Positions 31,025 through 41,878 are shown, counted from the first letter of the stretch. The stretch: DNA of 64,000 nucleotides from Chthonomonadales bacterium (GCA_049967475.1 JBMFSQ010000008.1:1-64000), one strand, 5' to 3'. Made by a program: numbers and translations. The notes: a model not told the origin generated them from the letters alone.

Positions 31025-33724
31025 ATGGAGATATCGCTGGCACTGGTGTTTGTGGGGGTCGCGGCAGTTGCCTGTGCGGGGATTTCGGCAGGGGATCGTT
31101 CGGCGGGGCAGGTGACGGCCCAGAACCAAGGCTTTCGCCTTACCATGCGTGTGGTCCGCGGATCCGTGCACGCCCGGTTGGAGATCCTTCAAGGCGGCTT
31201 TATCGCGGCGGAAGGACCCATGGTGTACCGGGCCCAAATATCCGGGCCGGAGGGAAAGGCGGTGTCGGTCGGCCTCCAAAACCCAGAGCTGCGTTCGGAG
31301 CCCGGACGGATCGTGGTCCAGGGTATGCTGGGCAGCGTCCGGATGATCCAGACATTTGACCTTCCCCAGGGGCTCCAGCAGATGGAGGAGCGTATTGTTC
31401 TGCGCAACACCAGTCCGCACCCGGCCCGTTTCACAGACCTGGAAGTGTCTTTTCAGCGTCCAGTGGTGGATCAGGATGGACATTCCCTGGCGGGCTTAAC
31501 CGGCGACCGCTTCGCTGCGGTTCCGCTGCGGCACCGCGCCACGGATCCGAAGGGGTTCCAGAATGATTTTTCGTTGGACGAATTGTTTGCTCAGCCTGGG
31601 TGGTATCCGCAGATTGACGGCTTCCAGCGGTATCGGCAGGTACCGTGGGATGGGCGCATCGCCGACGGATGGGCGTGGATCCACGGCTCCATGGCAATGG
31701 GCATCTTTGCGTGGTGTGCGGACCACCTTCGCTTCAGCGTCATCACGACACGCCGCGAGGGCAACGGAGGCGTGATGCACTTTGGGGGTCTGCGCATGGT
31801 GGCAGGCGAGCCGGCCGTGTTGACACGCCTGGTACCTGGAGCCTGGGCCGACACCGGGGTTACACGATATGTGTGCGTCCCGGGCGGCTGGAAAGAAGCA
31901 GCATATGCCTACCGCTCATTCCTCGACGCGCATGGGTGCCGGTTCCCGCGGGGGTACAATCCGCCCATCCATTGGGAGCAGCTCTACGATATGGAGGGCG
32001 CTTGGGATCATCGCAAAGAACAGTACACTCTTGCGGCTCTGGAGCGAGAGGCGGAGAAGGGCCGAGAGTATTCTTGTGAGGCGCTCTATCTGGATCCAGG
32101 ATGGGACACTGCCTTCGCGACCTTCCTTTGGGATGAGGACCGCTTGGGGGCCCAGGCGGATTTCGTTCGCGAACTGCGGCGCAAATACGATTTGGCGCTC
32201 GCGCTGCATTGTCCGCTGGCCACTTGGATGTCGGTGCCCTTCATTATGGGTCCCAGCGGTGTAGACACGTGGCCTCCCGCAGCGAAGCGCATTCCGCCCG
32301 AAATTTCCGATGCCGAGTTCCGAGTGCCTGCTGTGCGGAATGGACGCCGGAACCTCGCATTGATGCCGGCGGCCCGCGCCGAGGCGTCATCGGTCTACGA
32401 CAATGGCCGCATGGAGATCCACCAAGTTGCCCACCTTAACGACGGATGGTACGGCAACGAGAGGAGTTGGATCGCGGGAGCCATGCCTGCTTGGGCTCAA
32501 GTGGATCTTGGAGCAGTGTATCGCGTGGGTTCTGTGGCATTGGGGAATGAACACTTTCTGAGGTACACCGATCGGGCTGCTACCCACCTCAGGATCTACA
32601 CTGCCCAATCTCATATGCCGTCTAGTTCGGATCTCGCCTGGGAACTGGCCGCAGACGTTGCCGGCCGCCGGCTGGCGGGAACAGAGGTGATTTCGTTTCC
32701 GCCCCGGGAGGCGCAGTGGGTGCGCGTGGAAATCCTCGCCGCGGACGAGGGTCTGCCCCGGCTGGATGAGATCGAGGTGTATGAGGCGGATCCGTGCTCC
32801 GAAGCGGACGCGGCCGCCTTCGAACGATCATGCCGGCGCGGACCTGCCCCAAAGCCGGCGTCAGACGGACCGCTGATCTGCCTGGGTTCGCGCCAATATC
32901 TGGACGAGGCGGAGAAGCGGCTGCTGAAGCTCTGTTCCGATGGGGCAGTGTTCCTGATGTTCGATGGCAACTGGTGGAATGGCGGCTGCATCAACCCGGA
33001 TCACGGTCACCCCGTCCCCTATACATGGGAAGATCACATCCAGGCCAATCTGACCCTTGCCAGGAGGATCCATGCGCACTTCCCGCGCGTGTTCATCGAG
33101 ATGCACGATATGCTTGCCGGCGGGAGCCCAGTGCGCATGACGCCTGTTTATGCCGGGTATTCCCAGCCCGGAAGCTACAACGATAACTGGGGCTTCGAGC
33201 TGATGTGGGATCCCATGGCAGATATCAAAGAAGGACGCGCAGAGGCGCTCTACGACTACAATCTGGGATGTAACGTGCCTCTGTACCTGCACATTGACCT
33301 TCGCAAGGACAACCGCCACTGCCTGGTGCTTTGGTGGTATGCGTCTACATGCCGCCATCTTGGGATCGGAGGGACCCATGCCGATGCGACTGTGGCGGTC
33401 GCCCAAAAGGCTGCAATGAAGCGGTACCGGTCCCTGGAGCGCTTCTTCAAACGGGGTGACTTTTTCGGCATCAATCCCCAGATCCATCTTCACGTGCTGC
33501 CTCGCGAGCACGCGGCTGTGATCGTCCTCTTCAACCTTTCGGATCGCCCCGAAACCGTCGCGGGCGCCATCGGATTAGGCGAGGTTGGGTTGGACCCTGG
33601 TATGCGGTACCGCAGCGATAACGCGAGCGTACAGGTTCGCGATGGGAGGCTGTTGGTGTCAGCCGATCTCGAGCCGTGGGATGCTGCCGTTGCCTTCGTT
33701 CGGCCGGCAGATGGCAGCGAATGA
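31025..33724 (+). CDS. Exported GH36/clan GH-D-like glycoside hydrolase with an inserted discoidin (F5/8C, CBM32-like) domain
   Basis: Signal peptide; HWEQLY, LYLDPGWD, LALHCP, FLMFDGN and FPRVFIEMH resemble GH36 barrel strands. NLAL...ASS...LNDG...W..VDLG...LDEIEVY is a discoidin pattern. Confidence 0.65.
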   Translation: MEISLALVFVGVAAVACAGISAGDRSAGQVTAQNQGFRLTMRVVRGSVHARLEILQGGFIAAEGPMVYRAQISGPEGKAVSVGLQNPELRSEPGRIVVQGMLGSVRMIQTFDLPQGLQQMEERIVLRNTSPHPARFTDLEVSFQRPVVDQDGHSLAGLTGDRFAAVPLRHRATDPKGFQNDFSLDELFAQPGWYPQIDGFQRYRQVPWDGRIADGWAWIHGSMAMGIFAWCADHLRFSVITTRREGNGGVMHFGGLRMVAGEPAVLTRLVPGAWADTGVTRYVCVPGGWKEAAYAYRSFLDAHGCRFPRGYNPPIHWEQLYDMEGAWDHRKEQYTLAALEREAEKGREYSCEALYLDPGWDTAFATFLWDEDRLGAQADFVRELRRKYDLALALHCPLATWMSVPFIMGPSGVDTWPPAAKRIPPEISDAEFRVPAVRNGRRNLALMPAARAEASSVYDNGRMEIHQVAHLNDGWYGNERSWIAGAMPAWAQVDLGAVYRVGSVALGNEHFLRYTDRAATHLRIYTAQSHMPSSSDLAWELAADVAGRRLAGTEVISFPPREAQWVRVEILAADEGLPRLDEIEVYEADPCSEADAAAFERSCRRGPAPKPASDGPLICLGSRQYLDEAEKRLLKLCSDGAVFLMFDGNWWNGGCINPDHGHPVPYTWEDHIQANLTLARRIHAHFPRVFIEMHDMLAGGSPVRMTPVYAGYSQPGSYNDNWGFELMWDPMADIKEGRAEALYDYNLGCNVPLYLHIDLRKDNRHCLVLWWYASTCRHLGIGGTHADATVAVAQKAAMKRYRSLERFFKRGDFFGINPQIHLHVLPREHAAVIVLFNLSDRPETVAGAIGLGEVGLDPGMRYRSDNASVQVRDGRLLVSADLEPWDAAVAFVRPADGSE

Positions 33725-33829
33725 GGGAGGGCGCCTGTACCAGGGCATGGGGAGGCCCGTACTGATTTTGCCGGCTGGAAACAGGCGCTCCCGGCGGATA
33801 CTGATCCTTGGCGCGGATCTTGGCGTGGA

Positions 33830-34786
33830 ATGAAGGGTGTCCTTGCAATTGATGCGGGCGGCTCCAAGTGCGATGCCCTCCTGGTAACGCCGGCAGGGGA
33901 GGTAATCGGGTGGGGCCGATGGAGTGTACGTGACGCGGGCAGCGGGCGTGGGACAGGAGGCAGCGGCCGTTCCGGTGCCACTGTGCGCCGGGCGGTGCAG
34001 CAGGCCTTACGCCAGGCGAAGGGTCTATCGGATCTGCACGTGGTGGGCTACGGCGCCTCTCCGAAGGACTTGGCCGAGTTCGCCGGGCGTGCCGGTGGTG
34101 TGCAATCCGTACGGGAATGTGATGCGGCCATGGCCCTGGCCGGCATCGAAGCAGGCGTTGTGGCGCTGGCTGGGACAGGCGCCTTCGTGTATGGGCGTCG
34201 GCCGGACGGCAAGGAGGTCCATCTGGATGCGCTGGGACCCCTGCTTGGCGATTATGGAAGCGGGTATCACATCGGGTTGATGGCAATTCGGGCGGCGGCG
34301 AAGGCTTCGTGGCATCCAAGACACGCCACGTCTCTGGAGGTGCCGGTGCTCGAAGCGTGCCAGGCTTTTTCCGGCCAATCCGAGGGCTTCCACTTGGTGG
34401 CCTACATGTTGGGCAACCCGGATCGCGCGGAAGTCGCCTCCCTGGCCGAGTTGGTGAACGCGCACGCGGAAGCCGGTGATCGGCATGCGCGATCCATCCT
34501 CGAGACAGCTGCCGATGAATTGGCCGAGACACTGCGCGATGTAGTGGACCTGCTGAACATAGCCTCGGAGCTGCTGCCGCTTGTAGGAACGGGAGGCGTG
34601 ATTACCGGATCGCATCTGTATTGGGAGCATTTCTGCTTGCGGTGCCGAGAGTTCGCTCCCGGATTGGAACCCCGTCTGGCGCCTGGTCCCCTGGTGGCCG
34701 GAGTGGCCCTGCTCGGGTTGAAACATTTGGGTAAAGTGGATGACCTGATCCGCAGGCGATTGCTTGGGGCTCTCGCCGGCAGGTAG
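33830..34786 (+). CDS. BadF/BadG/BcrA/BcrD family sugar kinase (N-acetylglucosamine kinase-like)
   Basis: AIDAGGSK, ALAGTGA, GPLLGDYGSGYHIG, VGTGGV. Confidence 0.88.
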   Translation: MKGVLAIDAGGSKCDALLVTPAGEVIGWGRWSVRDAGSGRGTGGSGRSGATVRRAVQQALRQAKGLSDLHVVGYGASPKDLAEFAGRAGGVQSVRECDAAMALAGIEAGVVALAGTGAFVYGRRPDGKEVHLDALGPLLGDYGSGYHIGLMAIRAAAKASWHPRHATSLEVPVLEACQAFSGQSEGFHLVAYMLGNPDRAEVASLAELVNAHAEAGDRHARSILETAADELAETLRDVVDLLNIASELLPLVGTGGVITGSHLYWEHFCLRCREFAPGLEPRLAPGPLVAGVALLGLKHLGKVDDLIRRRLLGALAGR

Positions 34787-34968
34787 GCGCGGGAGGGGCG
34801 CATCGCGTCGCGCTTTTGCATTAGACCACGTGGTGCCCATCACCTCATCCGTGGAGGCTGGAAACGGAGCTTTGCTCCGAAACCGCAGCAGGGCTGCAGG
34901 GCGCGGGTGCCCTACTCCGAGAGCCGGGCAGAATGGAGATGCCGCAACGTATCGCCAAGGAGGAGAGG

Positions 34969-35709
34969 ATGGAGCAATTCCAATATCTTAACGCCGTACG
35001 CCGCGTGATGGATCACTTGGGATCCACGCAAGCGCCAGCGATAGACGCTGCTGCGGATCTGGTGTGCGAGGCTCTTACCAACAAGCAAGCAGTATTCTGT
35101 GCGGATATCGGCCACGGCATCCAAGGAGATTTTGTGAACCGGGCTGGGGGCTTGGCCGCAGTACGCGCCTTCTCCTACGGCTTTACACTTAACGACGCGG
35201 TTGCAGAGTGCCTTAAGGATCGGCCGCGGCGCGTGCCGGTGGAGCGCGACCTGGAAACGGTGCGCCTCGCGGTGCGGTGCAGCAATCTGCGGGCTGGGGA
35301 CGTGATGCTGATCGGATCCGTTTCTGGGCGGAACCGGGTTCCCGTGGAGCTGGCGCTGGCGTGCAACGAGATGGGTGTCCGCGTTGTGGGTCTAACCTCA
35401 ATGGAGTACACCCGGGCAGTGGAGAGTTTACACCCATCGGGCAGGAAGCTCTGTGATGTTTCCGACGTGGTGATTGACATCGGCGCACCCTTTGGGGATG
35501 CCGCCGTGGAGATACCCGGCCTCGAAGTGCCCGTGTTGCCCGTGTCCGGCGTGGCATTCGCCTTGTGCGGCTGGATGCTTTGGGAGCGCACGATGCAGAA
35601 GATGATTGCCGTGGGGAAGCCTCCCACGGTGTTCATGAGCGTGAACCGACCTGGTGGGGAAGATCACTATAAACGGAGTTTGCAACGGTACGATGAGGTG
35701 GGCTATTGA
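34969..35709 (+). CDS. SIS domain protein (UPF0309-like), divergent copy
   Basis: RAGG, GDVMLIGSVSGRNRVPVELA, SLHPSGRKLCDVSDVVIDIGAPFGDA, PPTVFMSVN. AGGAGGAG upstream of ATG 34969. Confidence 0.88.
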   Translation: MEQFQYLNAVRRVMDHLGSTQAPAIDAAADLVCEALTNKQAVFCADIGHGIQGDFVNRAGGLAAVRAFSYGFTLNDAVAECLKDRPRRVPVERDLETVRLAVRCSNLRAGDVMLIGSVSGRNRVPVELALACNEMGVRVVGLTSMEYTRAVESLHPSGRKLCDVSDVVIDIGAPFGDAAVEIPGLEVPVLPVSGVAFALCGWMLWERTMQKMIAVGKPPTVFMSVNRPGGEDHYKRSLQRYDEVGY

Positions 35710-35943
35710 CGCAGAGGTGCGGGAGGGGATCTCTCAAGCGTCGTGAGGATATTTCGCAGGTTGCTGGGAGAGGCCAAACCGTATGGGGAAGGGCATTGCC
35801 GGGGAAGCGGGGCGTTCCAAACGTTCATCCGGGAGTAGGGCCGCACAACGACGGGCCCGTACATCGCGGTCGGGCATTTGCCCTCTGTGGTCCCCCATGG
35901 ACAGGCGGACGGGGAATTTGCACAGTAAAGGAGCACCGACATC

Positions 35944-36684
35944 ATGTCTGCAGATGCGTACTTCCAATCGGCCATTTCAGCCATCGAACGCGCTCGGGAC
36001 ACTCAATCCGAGGCAATCCGGGAGGCCGCGGGGATGATGGCCCAGGTCATTGCCGCCGACGGAAGCATTTATGCGTTCGGCGCCAGCCATTCCTTCATCA
36101 TCGCCGAGGAGATGGTTTACCGCACCGGCGGCCTCATGCTGATCAACCCCATCTATCCTCATGGGATGAGTTTGATGGTTCGGCCGGCGCCCCTTACGTC
36201 GCGCCTGGAACGGCTACCCGGCTTCGGGGCTGAGCTTCTAGCGGCATCACCCGTTCAAGCTGGCGACGTGCTTATCATTGCATCTACTTCCGGGCGTAAT
36301 CCCGTTGTTGTGGATCTGGCCCTCGCTGCGCGTGAACGGGGTGTGCGCATCGTGGGGATTACTTCGGTGGCTTATACCCAGCAGGTGTCCAGTCGGCACG
36401 CCTCCGGAAAGAAGCTCATAGACCTGTGCGACGTCGTGATTGATAACTGCGCGCCGGCAGGAGATGCCGCAGTGGAAATAGCCGGGTTCCCGCAAAAGGT
36501 GAGCCCTCTCTCTACGGTCACAGGTTGTGCCATCGTGAATGCCTTGGTTGCCGAGACTGTGGCCCGCCTGGTGGAACTGGGGATCGAGCCGCCGGTCTTT
36601 ATCAGCGCCAACCTCGATGGAGGGGACGAGCACAATGCGCGCCTTCTTGCTGCCAACCGCCACCGCATCCACTACCTGGATTAA
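35944..36684 (+). CDS. SIS domain protein (UPF0309-like)
   Basis: FGASHS..AEEMVYRTGGL, STSGRNPVVVDLA, SRHASGKKL, DNCAPAGDA, PPVFISANLDGGD. AAGGAG upstream. Confidence 0.9.
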   Translation: MSADAYFQSAISAIERARDTQSEAIREAAGMMAQVIAADGSIYAFGASHSFIIAEEMVYRTGGLMLINPIYPHGMSLMVRPAPLTSRLERLPGFGAELLAASPVQAGDVLIIASTSGRNPVVVDLALAARERGVRIVGITSVAYTQQVSSRHASGKKLIDLCDVVIDNCAPAGDAAVEIAGFPQKVSPLSTVTGCAIVNALVAETVARLVELGIEPPVFISANLDGGDEHNARLLAANRHRIHYLD

Positions 36685-38096
36685 GCCCATGCTCGGCGTA
36701 TCTGGGGCACGGGTTCACCCGCCGCCTGCATGCGTCGTATAAGGGTTTCCGCCAGCTCCTCCAGCACGGTGCGATATTCCGGTTGATCCGCCAGATTGCG
36801 GGTTTCCCAGGGATCTTCCTTCAGATCGTACAGGTACTGATCCTGGTACGCACGAGCCGAGGGCTCCCTCCACCCGTCATGGCCGGGCGCAGTGACCCCA
36901 TATTTCCAGCGCTTCGTTCGGACGGCCCTGCCGACTTGGCTCTCGCTAATCTGGATGAAAACCTCCTGCGGCCAACTCTTTCGCCGGCCGTGGATGAGGG
37001 GGAGGATGCTCTGCCCTACAAAGTCGGTAGGAACCTTGATCCCCGCTGCGTCCAGAAGGGTGGCAGACCAGTCCGGAATGGAGACGAGTTCGTTCACTAT
37101 ATGGCCGCCTGCGAAGCCGGGCCCGGCAAACACAGTGGGCACGCGTATGGAGCTTTCGTGGCAGCTTCGCTTGTACTCGTCGTTGCGGGTGCGAAAATGA
37201 CAGCCGTGGTCACTGGCAAAGAGAAGGATGGTATCCTTGCGGAGGCCAAGCTCGTCCAGGGCAGTTACGACGCGCCCGAGGTTCTCGTCCAGGTTGGCGC
37301 ACATGCCGTAGTAATCGGGAAGCTCCTGGGGCCAGTCTCCTTTACCGGCATGCACGAGGTCCGGCGGCGCGTAGAGGTTCTTCCTGTAGCGGTCCGCGTA
37401 TCCGTTGGGCGCCACAAAGCGCTTCATATCATTCTGGAAGTGGGGTTCTAGGTAACTTACGAAGAGAAAGAAGGGACGGGTCGCCTGGCCTGCCTGGCGG
37501 TGGAGAAAATCCAGCACGCAGTCGGTTTGGGCATCCACGCGGTAACCCGGGCGGTGATAGGGCCGATTTTCAGTGTCGAACACGCGGAAATCATAGGGAT
37601 GGGACGTCATCTCCAGGACGTCGGCTGCGAGCCACTCCGCATATCCTCCCCGCAATTCGCGCGGGACCGGCTTGACGCCGGTGCAGGCCAGGTGCCACTT
37701 TCCGATGTACGCCGTGTGATACCCTGCTTCGGCAAAATAGTGGGCCAGCGTTTTATGGTTCGGAGTTAGGGGAAGACCGTTGCGCCACACACCGTGCTGG
37801 GTTCCATACCTCCCGGTCTGCAGGCACGCTCTCGCCGGTGCGCAAACAGGCTGTACGGTAAAGGAATGCCGAACCAAGGTTCCCTCGGCTGCCAGCCGAT
37901 CCAGGTTTGGTGTGAGGTTCAGCGGAGTGTCATGGTAGCATCCGCAGGTGTCCCACCGCTGCTGGTCTGTAAAGAAGACCACCACGTTGGGCTGACGTCC
38001 ATGCATCTTTCGTCTCCCTGAAGGGTCGAACTTGGGCTGCGCTGCCGGGACCAGCGACGCGGCGCCCAGCCCGATAAGTTGCCGGCGTGAGATCAT
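36681..38096 (-). CDS. Tat-exported sulfatase-like hydrolase
   Basis: Tat motif SRRQLI; PNVVVFFTDQQR, formylglycine motif CAPAR, GKWHL, SDHG, YLYDLKEDPWE. Confidence 0.93.
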   Translation of the reverse strand: MISRRQLIGLGAASLVPAAQPKFDPSGRRKMHGRQPNVVVFFTDQQRWDTCGCYHDTPLNLTPNLDRLAAEGTLVRHSFTVQPVCAPARACLQTGRYGTQHGVWRNGLPLTPNHKTLAHYFAEAGYHTAYIGKWHLACTGVKPVPRELRGGYAEWLAADVLEMTSHPYDFRVFDTENRPYHRPGYRVDAQTDCVLDFLHRQAGQATRPFFLFVSYLEPHFQNDMKRFVAPNGYADRYRKNLYAPPDLVHAGKGDWPQELPDYYGMCANLDENLGRVVTALDELGLRKDTILLFASDHGCHFRTRNDEYKRSCHESSIRVPTVFAGPGFAGGHIVNELVSIPDWSATLLDAAGIKVPTDFVGQSILPLIHGRRKSWPQEVFIQISESQVGRAVRTKRWKYGVTAPGHDGWREPSARAYQDQYLYDLKEDPWETRNLADQPEYRTVLEELAETLIRRMQAAGEPVPQIRRAWA

Positions 38097-38198
38097 TTCT
38101 CAAAGCCTCCGTGCCCCTATGACACGTTCCAGAGATTTTGTCCCTAGAACCATGTCTTGTGTAGCGCCACAATCGGACCTTGGTCGCCCATTGGGCAA

Positions 38199-38224
38199 GT
38201 TCGCCCGACGAAGATAGTTCTCCT
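38199..38224 (-). promoter_or_regulatory. Putative sigma-H-like promoter (AGGA-N18-GAAC) upstream of the sulfatase
   Basis: Minus strand reads AGGA gaactatcttcgtcgggc GAAC. Confidence 0.5.
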
Positions 38225-38387
38225 TCTGCACGGGAAGGCGGACGCACGGGGTGGAGGGTGGAACCGCTTTGGGCTTCTCGCCTTTGCCCCCAGGGCGTGG
38301 ATGAGTCCGTCGCAGCCGATGGAAGCATAGTGACGGACCGGGTCGGGTGCGCGCCAGGCGGTCCCAGGGATGCGGGATCCGAACGCG

Positions 38388-39656
38388 TCAGCTTGCTTGG
38401 CGCAGATCCGACACGGTAAGGATCTGAGGTTCTTCCGTGCCGCGCACAGTTCCCTCGGTAATGATGCAGCGCTTGACGTCTTTAGAGGAGGGGATTTCGT
38501 ACATGATATTCATCATCACCTCCTCTACGATCGTGCGCAGGGCTCTGGCCCCGGTAGCCCGCTTCATAGCCTCTTGTGCGATCGCACGGAGGGCCTCCTC
38601 CTGGAACACCAGTTCGACGCCGTCGAACTCGAAGAATTTGCTGTACTGCTTGGTAAGAGCATTTTTGGGCTCGACCAAAATCTTCACGAGGGCATCTTCG
38701 TCCAGTGGAGTGAGCGTGGCTACGACGGGAAGCCTTCCAATGAACTCGGGGATGAGGCCGAAGCGGAGAAGATCCTCAGGCATCACCTGAGCAAGGATCT
38801 CTCCTAAGTTCTCGTCCCGAACGGCCTTCGCTTCGGGATGAGCGCGGAAGCCCATGGCGCGTTTGGAGAGACGCTGTTCGATCATGCGGTCGAGCCCCTC
38901 AAAGGCGCCGCCGCAGATAAAGAGGATGTTGGACGTGTCTACCTGCACATATTCCTGCTGCGGGTGCTTCCGACCCCCCTGAGGAGGAACGTTTGCCACC
39001 GTACCCTCCAGGATCTTGAGGAGGGCTTGCTGCACCCCCTCGCCGCTTACATCCCTTGTGATGGAGGGGTTCTCAGACTTGCGCGTGATCTTGTCTATCT
39101 CATCAATGTAGACGATGCCGCGCTGAGCATTCCGCACGGTTTCTTGGATGGATCCCCCGGTGTCGGCGGCCTGCAGCAGCTTCAGAAGGATATTCTCTAC
39201 GTCTTCCCCGACGTACCCGGCCTCGGTAAGAGACGTTGCATCCGCGATGGCGAAGGGCACGTTGAGGATGCGTGCGAGCGTTTGGGCAAGGAGCGTCTTT
39301 CCGGAGCCAGTGGGGCCGATGAGGAGGATGTTGGATTTCTGAAGTTCTACGTCGCCGGCTGGGGCATTGATGCGCTTGAAATGGTTGTATACCGCCACAG
39401 CGAGGATGCGCTTGGCACGCTCCTGGCCTACAACGTACTGGCTTAGGATGCGGTAGATTTCCTTCGGTTTGGGGATGGCTCCGAGCGTGCCGAAACGGTC
39501 GGCGGCGTCCTCTTCACTCCGAATGATTTCGTTGCATAGGGCGATGCACTCCACGCATACACCGCCGTAGATCCCTACGATGAGCTTCTTGACCTGCTCA
39601 CGGCTCTTCCCGCAAAGCACACAGCGTTTTTCGCCCAGCTCGTGCATCCTCGCCAA
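38388..39656 (-). CDS. clpX: ATP-dependent Clp protease ATP-binding subunit ClpX
   Basis: Zinc finger CVLC...[43 protein letters not shown]. Confidence 0.98.
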   Translation of the reverse strand: MARMHELGEKRCVLCGKSREQVKKLIVGIYGGVCVECIALCNEIIRSEEDAADRFGTLGAIPKPKEIYRILSQYVVGQERAKRILAVAVYNHFKRINAPAGDVELQKSNILLIGPTGSGKTLLAQTLARILNVPFAIADATSLTEAGYVGEDVENILLKLLQAADTGGSIQETVRNAQRGIVYIDEIDKITRKSENPSITRDVSGEGVQQALLKILEGTVANVPPQGGRKHPQQEYVQVDTSNILFICGGAFEGLDRMIEQRLSKRAMGFRAHPEAKAVRDENLGEILAQVMPEDLLRFGLIPEFIGRLPVVATLTPLDEDALVKILVEPKNALTKQYSKFFEFDGVELVFQEEALRAIAQEAMKRATGARALRTIVEEVMMNIMYEIPSSKDVKRCIITEGTVRGTEEPQILTVSDLRQAS

Positions 39657-39780
39657 AGTCTTCGTCCTCCCGTAAGGGGCGGATTAGATGTGCGTCCACA
39701 ATCTTCCTCCCCTTCAGGGGAGAATTCCGGGCGGCGCGGTAGCCATCCCTCGCCGGCAACGTCATCCCTTAATCATCGGT

Positions 39781-40386
39781 TTACCGGTCGCCCTTCTCGA
39801 ACACTTTGTCAATCAGGCCATATTCCACCGCTTCGTGGGCCGAAAGCCAGTAATCCCGGTCGCAATCCCTCCGTACCTTTTCGATGGGTTGCCCTGTGTG
39901 CTCGCTGATAATCTGCATGAGTGTTTCGTGCGCCTTGTTCATCTCTTCGAGCTGGATGCGGGCATCGGCGAAGGTACCCTGGTAGCCTCCGGCCACCTGG
40001 TGGAGCATGATGCGGGCGTGGGGAAGGGAATACCTTTTTCCTTTGGCTCCGCCGGCCAGAAGCACTGCTCCCATGGACGCAGCCCACCCCACGCAGATGG
40101 TGGCTACGTCGCACTTGACGATCTGCATGGTGTCATAGATGGCCAATCCGGCGGACACACTGCCGCCCGGACTGTTGATGTAAAGATCAATGTCGCTGTC
40201 CGGATCTTCGCGTTCCAGGAAGAGAAGTTCTGCGATGACGAGGTTGGCTAGGTGGTCGTCAATGGCGTCTCCAATGAAGATCACGCGGTCCTTCAGGAGG
40301 CGCGAATAGATATCATAAGCTCTCTCTCCCCGGGCGCTCTGTTCTACAACCATCGGGATGACGGCGTCTATCTTAGCAGGCTTCAT
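39781..40386 (-). CDS. clpP: ATP-dependent Clp protease proteolytic subunit
   Basis: [38 protein letters not shown]. Confidence 0.98.
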   Translation of the reverse strand: MKPAKIDAVIPMVVEQSARGERAYDIYSRLLKDRVIFIGDAIDDHLANLVIAELLFLEREDPDSDIDLYINSPGGSVSAGLAIYDTMQIVKCDVATICVGWAASMGAVLLAGGAKGKRYSLPHARIMLHQVAGGYQGTFADARIQLEEMNKAHETLMQIISEHTGQPIEKVRRDCDRDYWLSAHEAVEYGLIDKVFEKGDR

Positions 40387-40546
40387 ACTGAGTACCTCAT
40401 CGTGTGGTTCTATATCCTCTCGCCCGAGCGAGCAATCTCACGCCATTCCCGGCCGCGGATCGGATGGATGCGGCGCTTCCTCTGAATGCGAGAGCATTGT
40501 TGCCGACTGCGGTGCGTGCCTTACTTGCAAAAAGGACCTCCTCGCC

Positions 40547-41878
40547 TCAGGCACTTTGATCGGGAGCCGAGGATGGCGCTGCGTCCTCCGGGACGGGAAC
40601 GTCTTTGATCGCTACTTTGCTGAAAAGGAAATCCCGGATCTTCTGGTCTCGCAGGTTGGTATAGGTGCGGAGCCTCACCTCGCGATCCTTCTTGAGGTCA
40701 TTGCGGACTTCACCGGATACATTATTGGCATCCAAGAGGCGATCCAGCTCCGCTTCGAGCTCTTCATGGCTTGCGAAAAGTTCGTGGGCAGCCGCGATCT
40801 CGTTGAGGATCAGTGTGCGCACAAGGCGCCGCTCGGCTGCTTGGGCGATCTGGTTGAACAATGCTTCCTCGGTGATGCCGTTCTGCTTCATGTATTCATC
40901 TATGGTGAGCCCTTCTTCGGACAACGCTTGCGTCAGGCGAACATATTCATCTTTCATCTTCCGCTCAAGAAGGATGGCCGGGTAGTGCACCTCCGACCGG
41001 CGCTGGAGTTCATCGAGGATGCGCTGGAGGGTGATGCGGTCACTTTGCTCCCGCAAATTCTCTTCCATCTTGGTTAGGATGTCGGACCGAAGTTCGTCTA
41101 CAGACGCATACCTCGTGTTCTTCTGGATCCATTCATCCGTAAGTTCCGGGAGGACACGTTCATTGATGGCGAGTACTTTCACAAGGAAGCGGGCTTTTTT
41201 GCCGGCGAGGTTCTGGTCTTCGTAGTCGTTCGGGTAGTCAAGCTCGAAGGTGCGCTCCTCGCCCACTTCCATGCCCATGACTGCATCGTCAAATCCTGGA
41301 ATATTCCTTCCCATGCGGATGAGGCTGCGTTTGACTTCGCCTTGAGGCTCGCCTTCGGGCGTTATGGAGATCTCTGCCACCAGCACGTCGCCCTCTTTTA
41401 CCCCTCGTCCTGTGACGGCGGAGAGGGAGGCATTCTCTTCCAGCATGGATCGGATGGCGTTGTCTAGGTCGTCCTCTGTCACATGGACTACGGGCCGCTC
41501 TACCGTGATGCCCTCCAGGTTGCCGAGGGTTACCTTCGGTGGAAGGGGCACTTTGGCGGTGAACCGAAAAGGCTGACCTAATTCAAAGTCGTCATATTCG
41601 ATGTCGGGCCGGTCATAGGGCTCGATCTGTTCCTGCCGGATAGCCTCGGAGTAGGCGGTATCGGCCAGGAAGTTGGCCGTGCGTTTGTTGACCCTCTCGG
41701 GATCCAGATATCGTTCCACGAAGGGGCGGGGCGCTTTGCCGGGCCGAAAACCAGGCACTTCCACGCTCTTGGCCATTTGACGCACGATGCGCTCGCGGGC
41801 TTGGCGGACGGTGTCGGGATCTACTTCAATTGTGAGCGTGATCATGCAGGGGTCGCTCTGTTCCCTGGTGACCTGCAT
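40547..41878 (-). CDS. tig: Trigger factor
   Basis: VPGFRPGKAP ribosome-binding motif, FKBP domain (IPGFDDAVMGM, YPNDY), upstream of clpP-clpX. AAGGAGG upstream. Confidence 0.96.
   Translation of the reverse strand: MQVTREQSDPCMITLTIEVDPDTVRQARERIVRQMAKSVEVPGFRPGKAPRPFVERYLDPERVNKRTANFLADTAYSEAIRQEQIEPYDRPDIEYDDFELGQPFRFTAKVPLPPKVTLGNLEGITVERPVVHVTEDDLDNAIRSMLEENASLSAVTGRGVKEGDVLVAEISITPEGEPQGEVKRSLIRMGRNIPGFDDAVMGMEVGEERTFELDYPNDYEDQNLAGKKARFLVKVLAINERVLPELTDEWIQKNTRYASVDELRSDILTKMEENLREQSDRITLQRILDELQRRSEVHYPAILLERKMKDEYVRLTQALSEEGLTIDEYMKQNGITEEALFNQIAQAAERRLVRTLILNEIAAAHELFASHEELEAELDRLLDANNVSGEVRNDLKKDREVRLRTYTNLRDQKIRDFLFSKVAIKDVPVPEDAAPSSAPDQSA

Noticed and set aside
34865..34879. CGGAGC-TTT-GCTCCG inverted repeat before the first SIS gene
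   Set aside because: Six-bp GC-rich arms are common by chance, and I did not see it repeated at other genes of the cluster.
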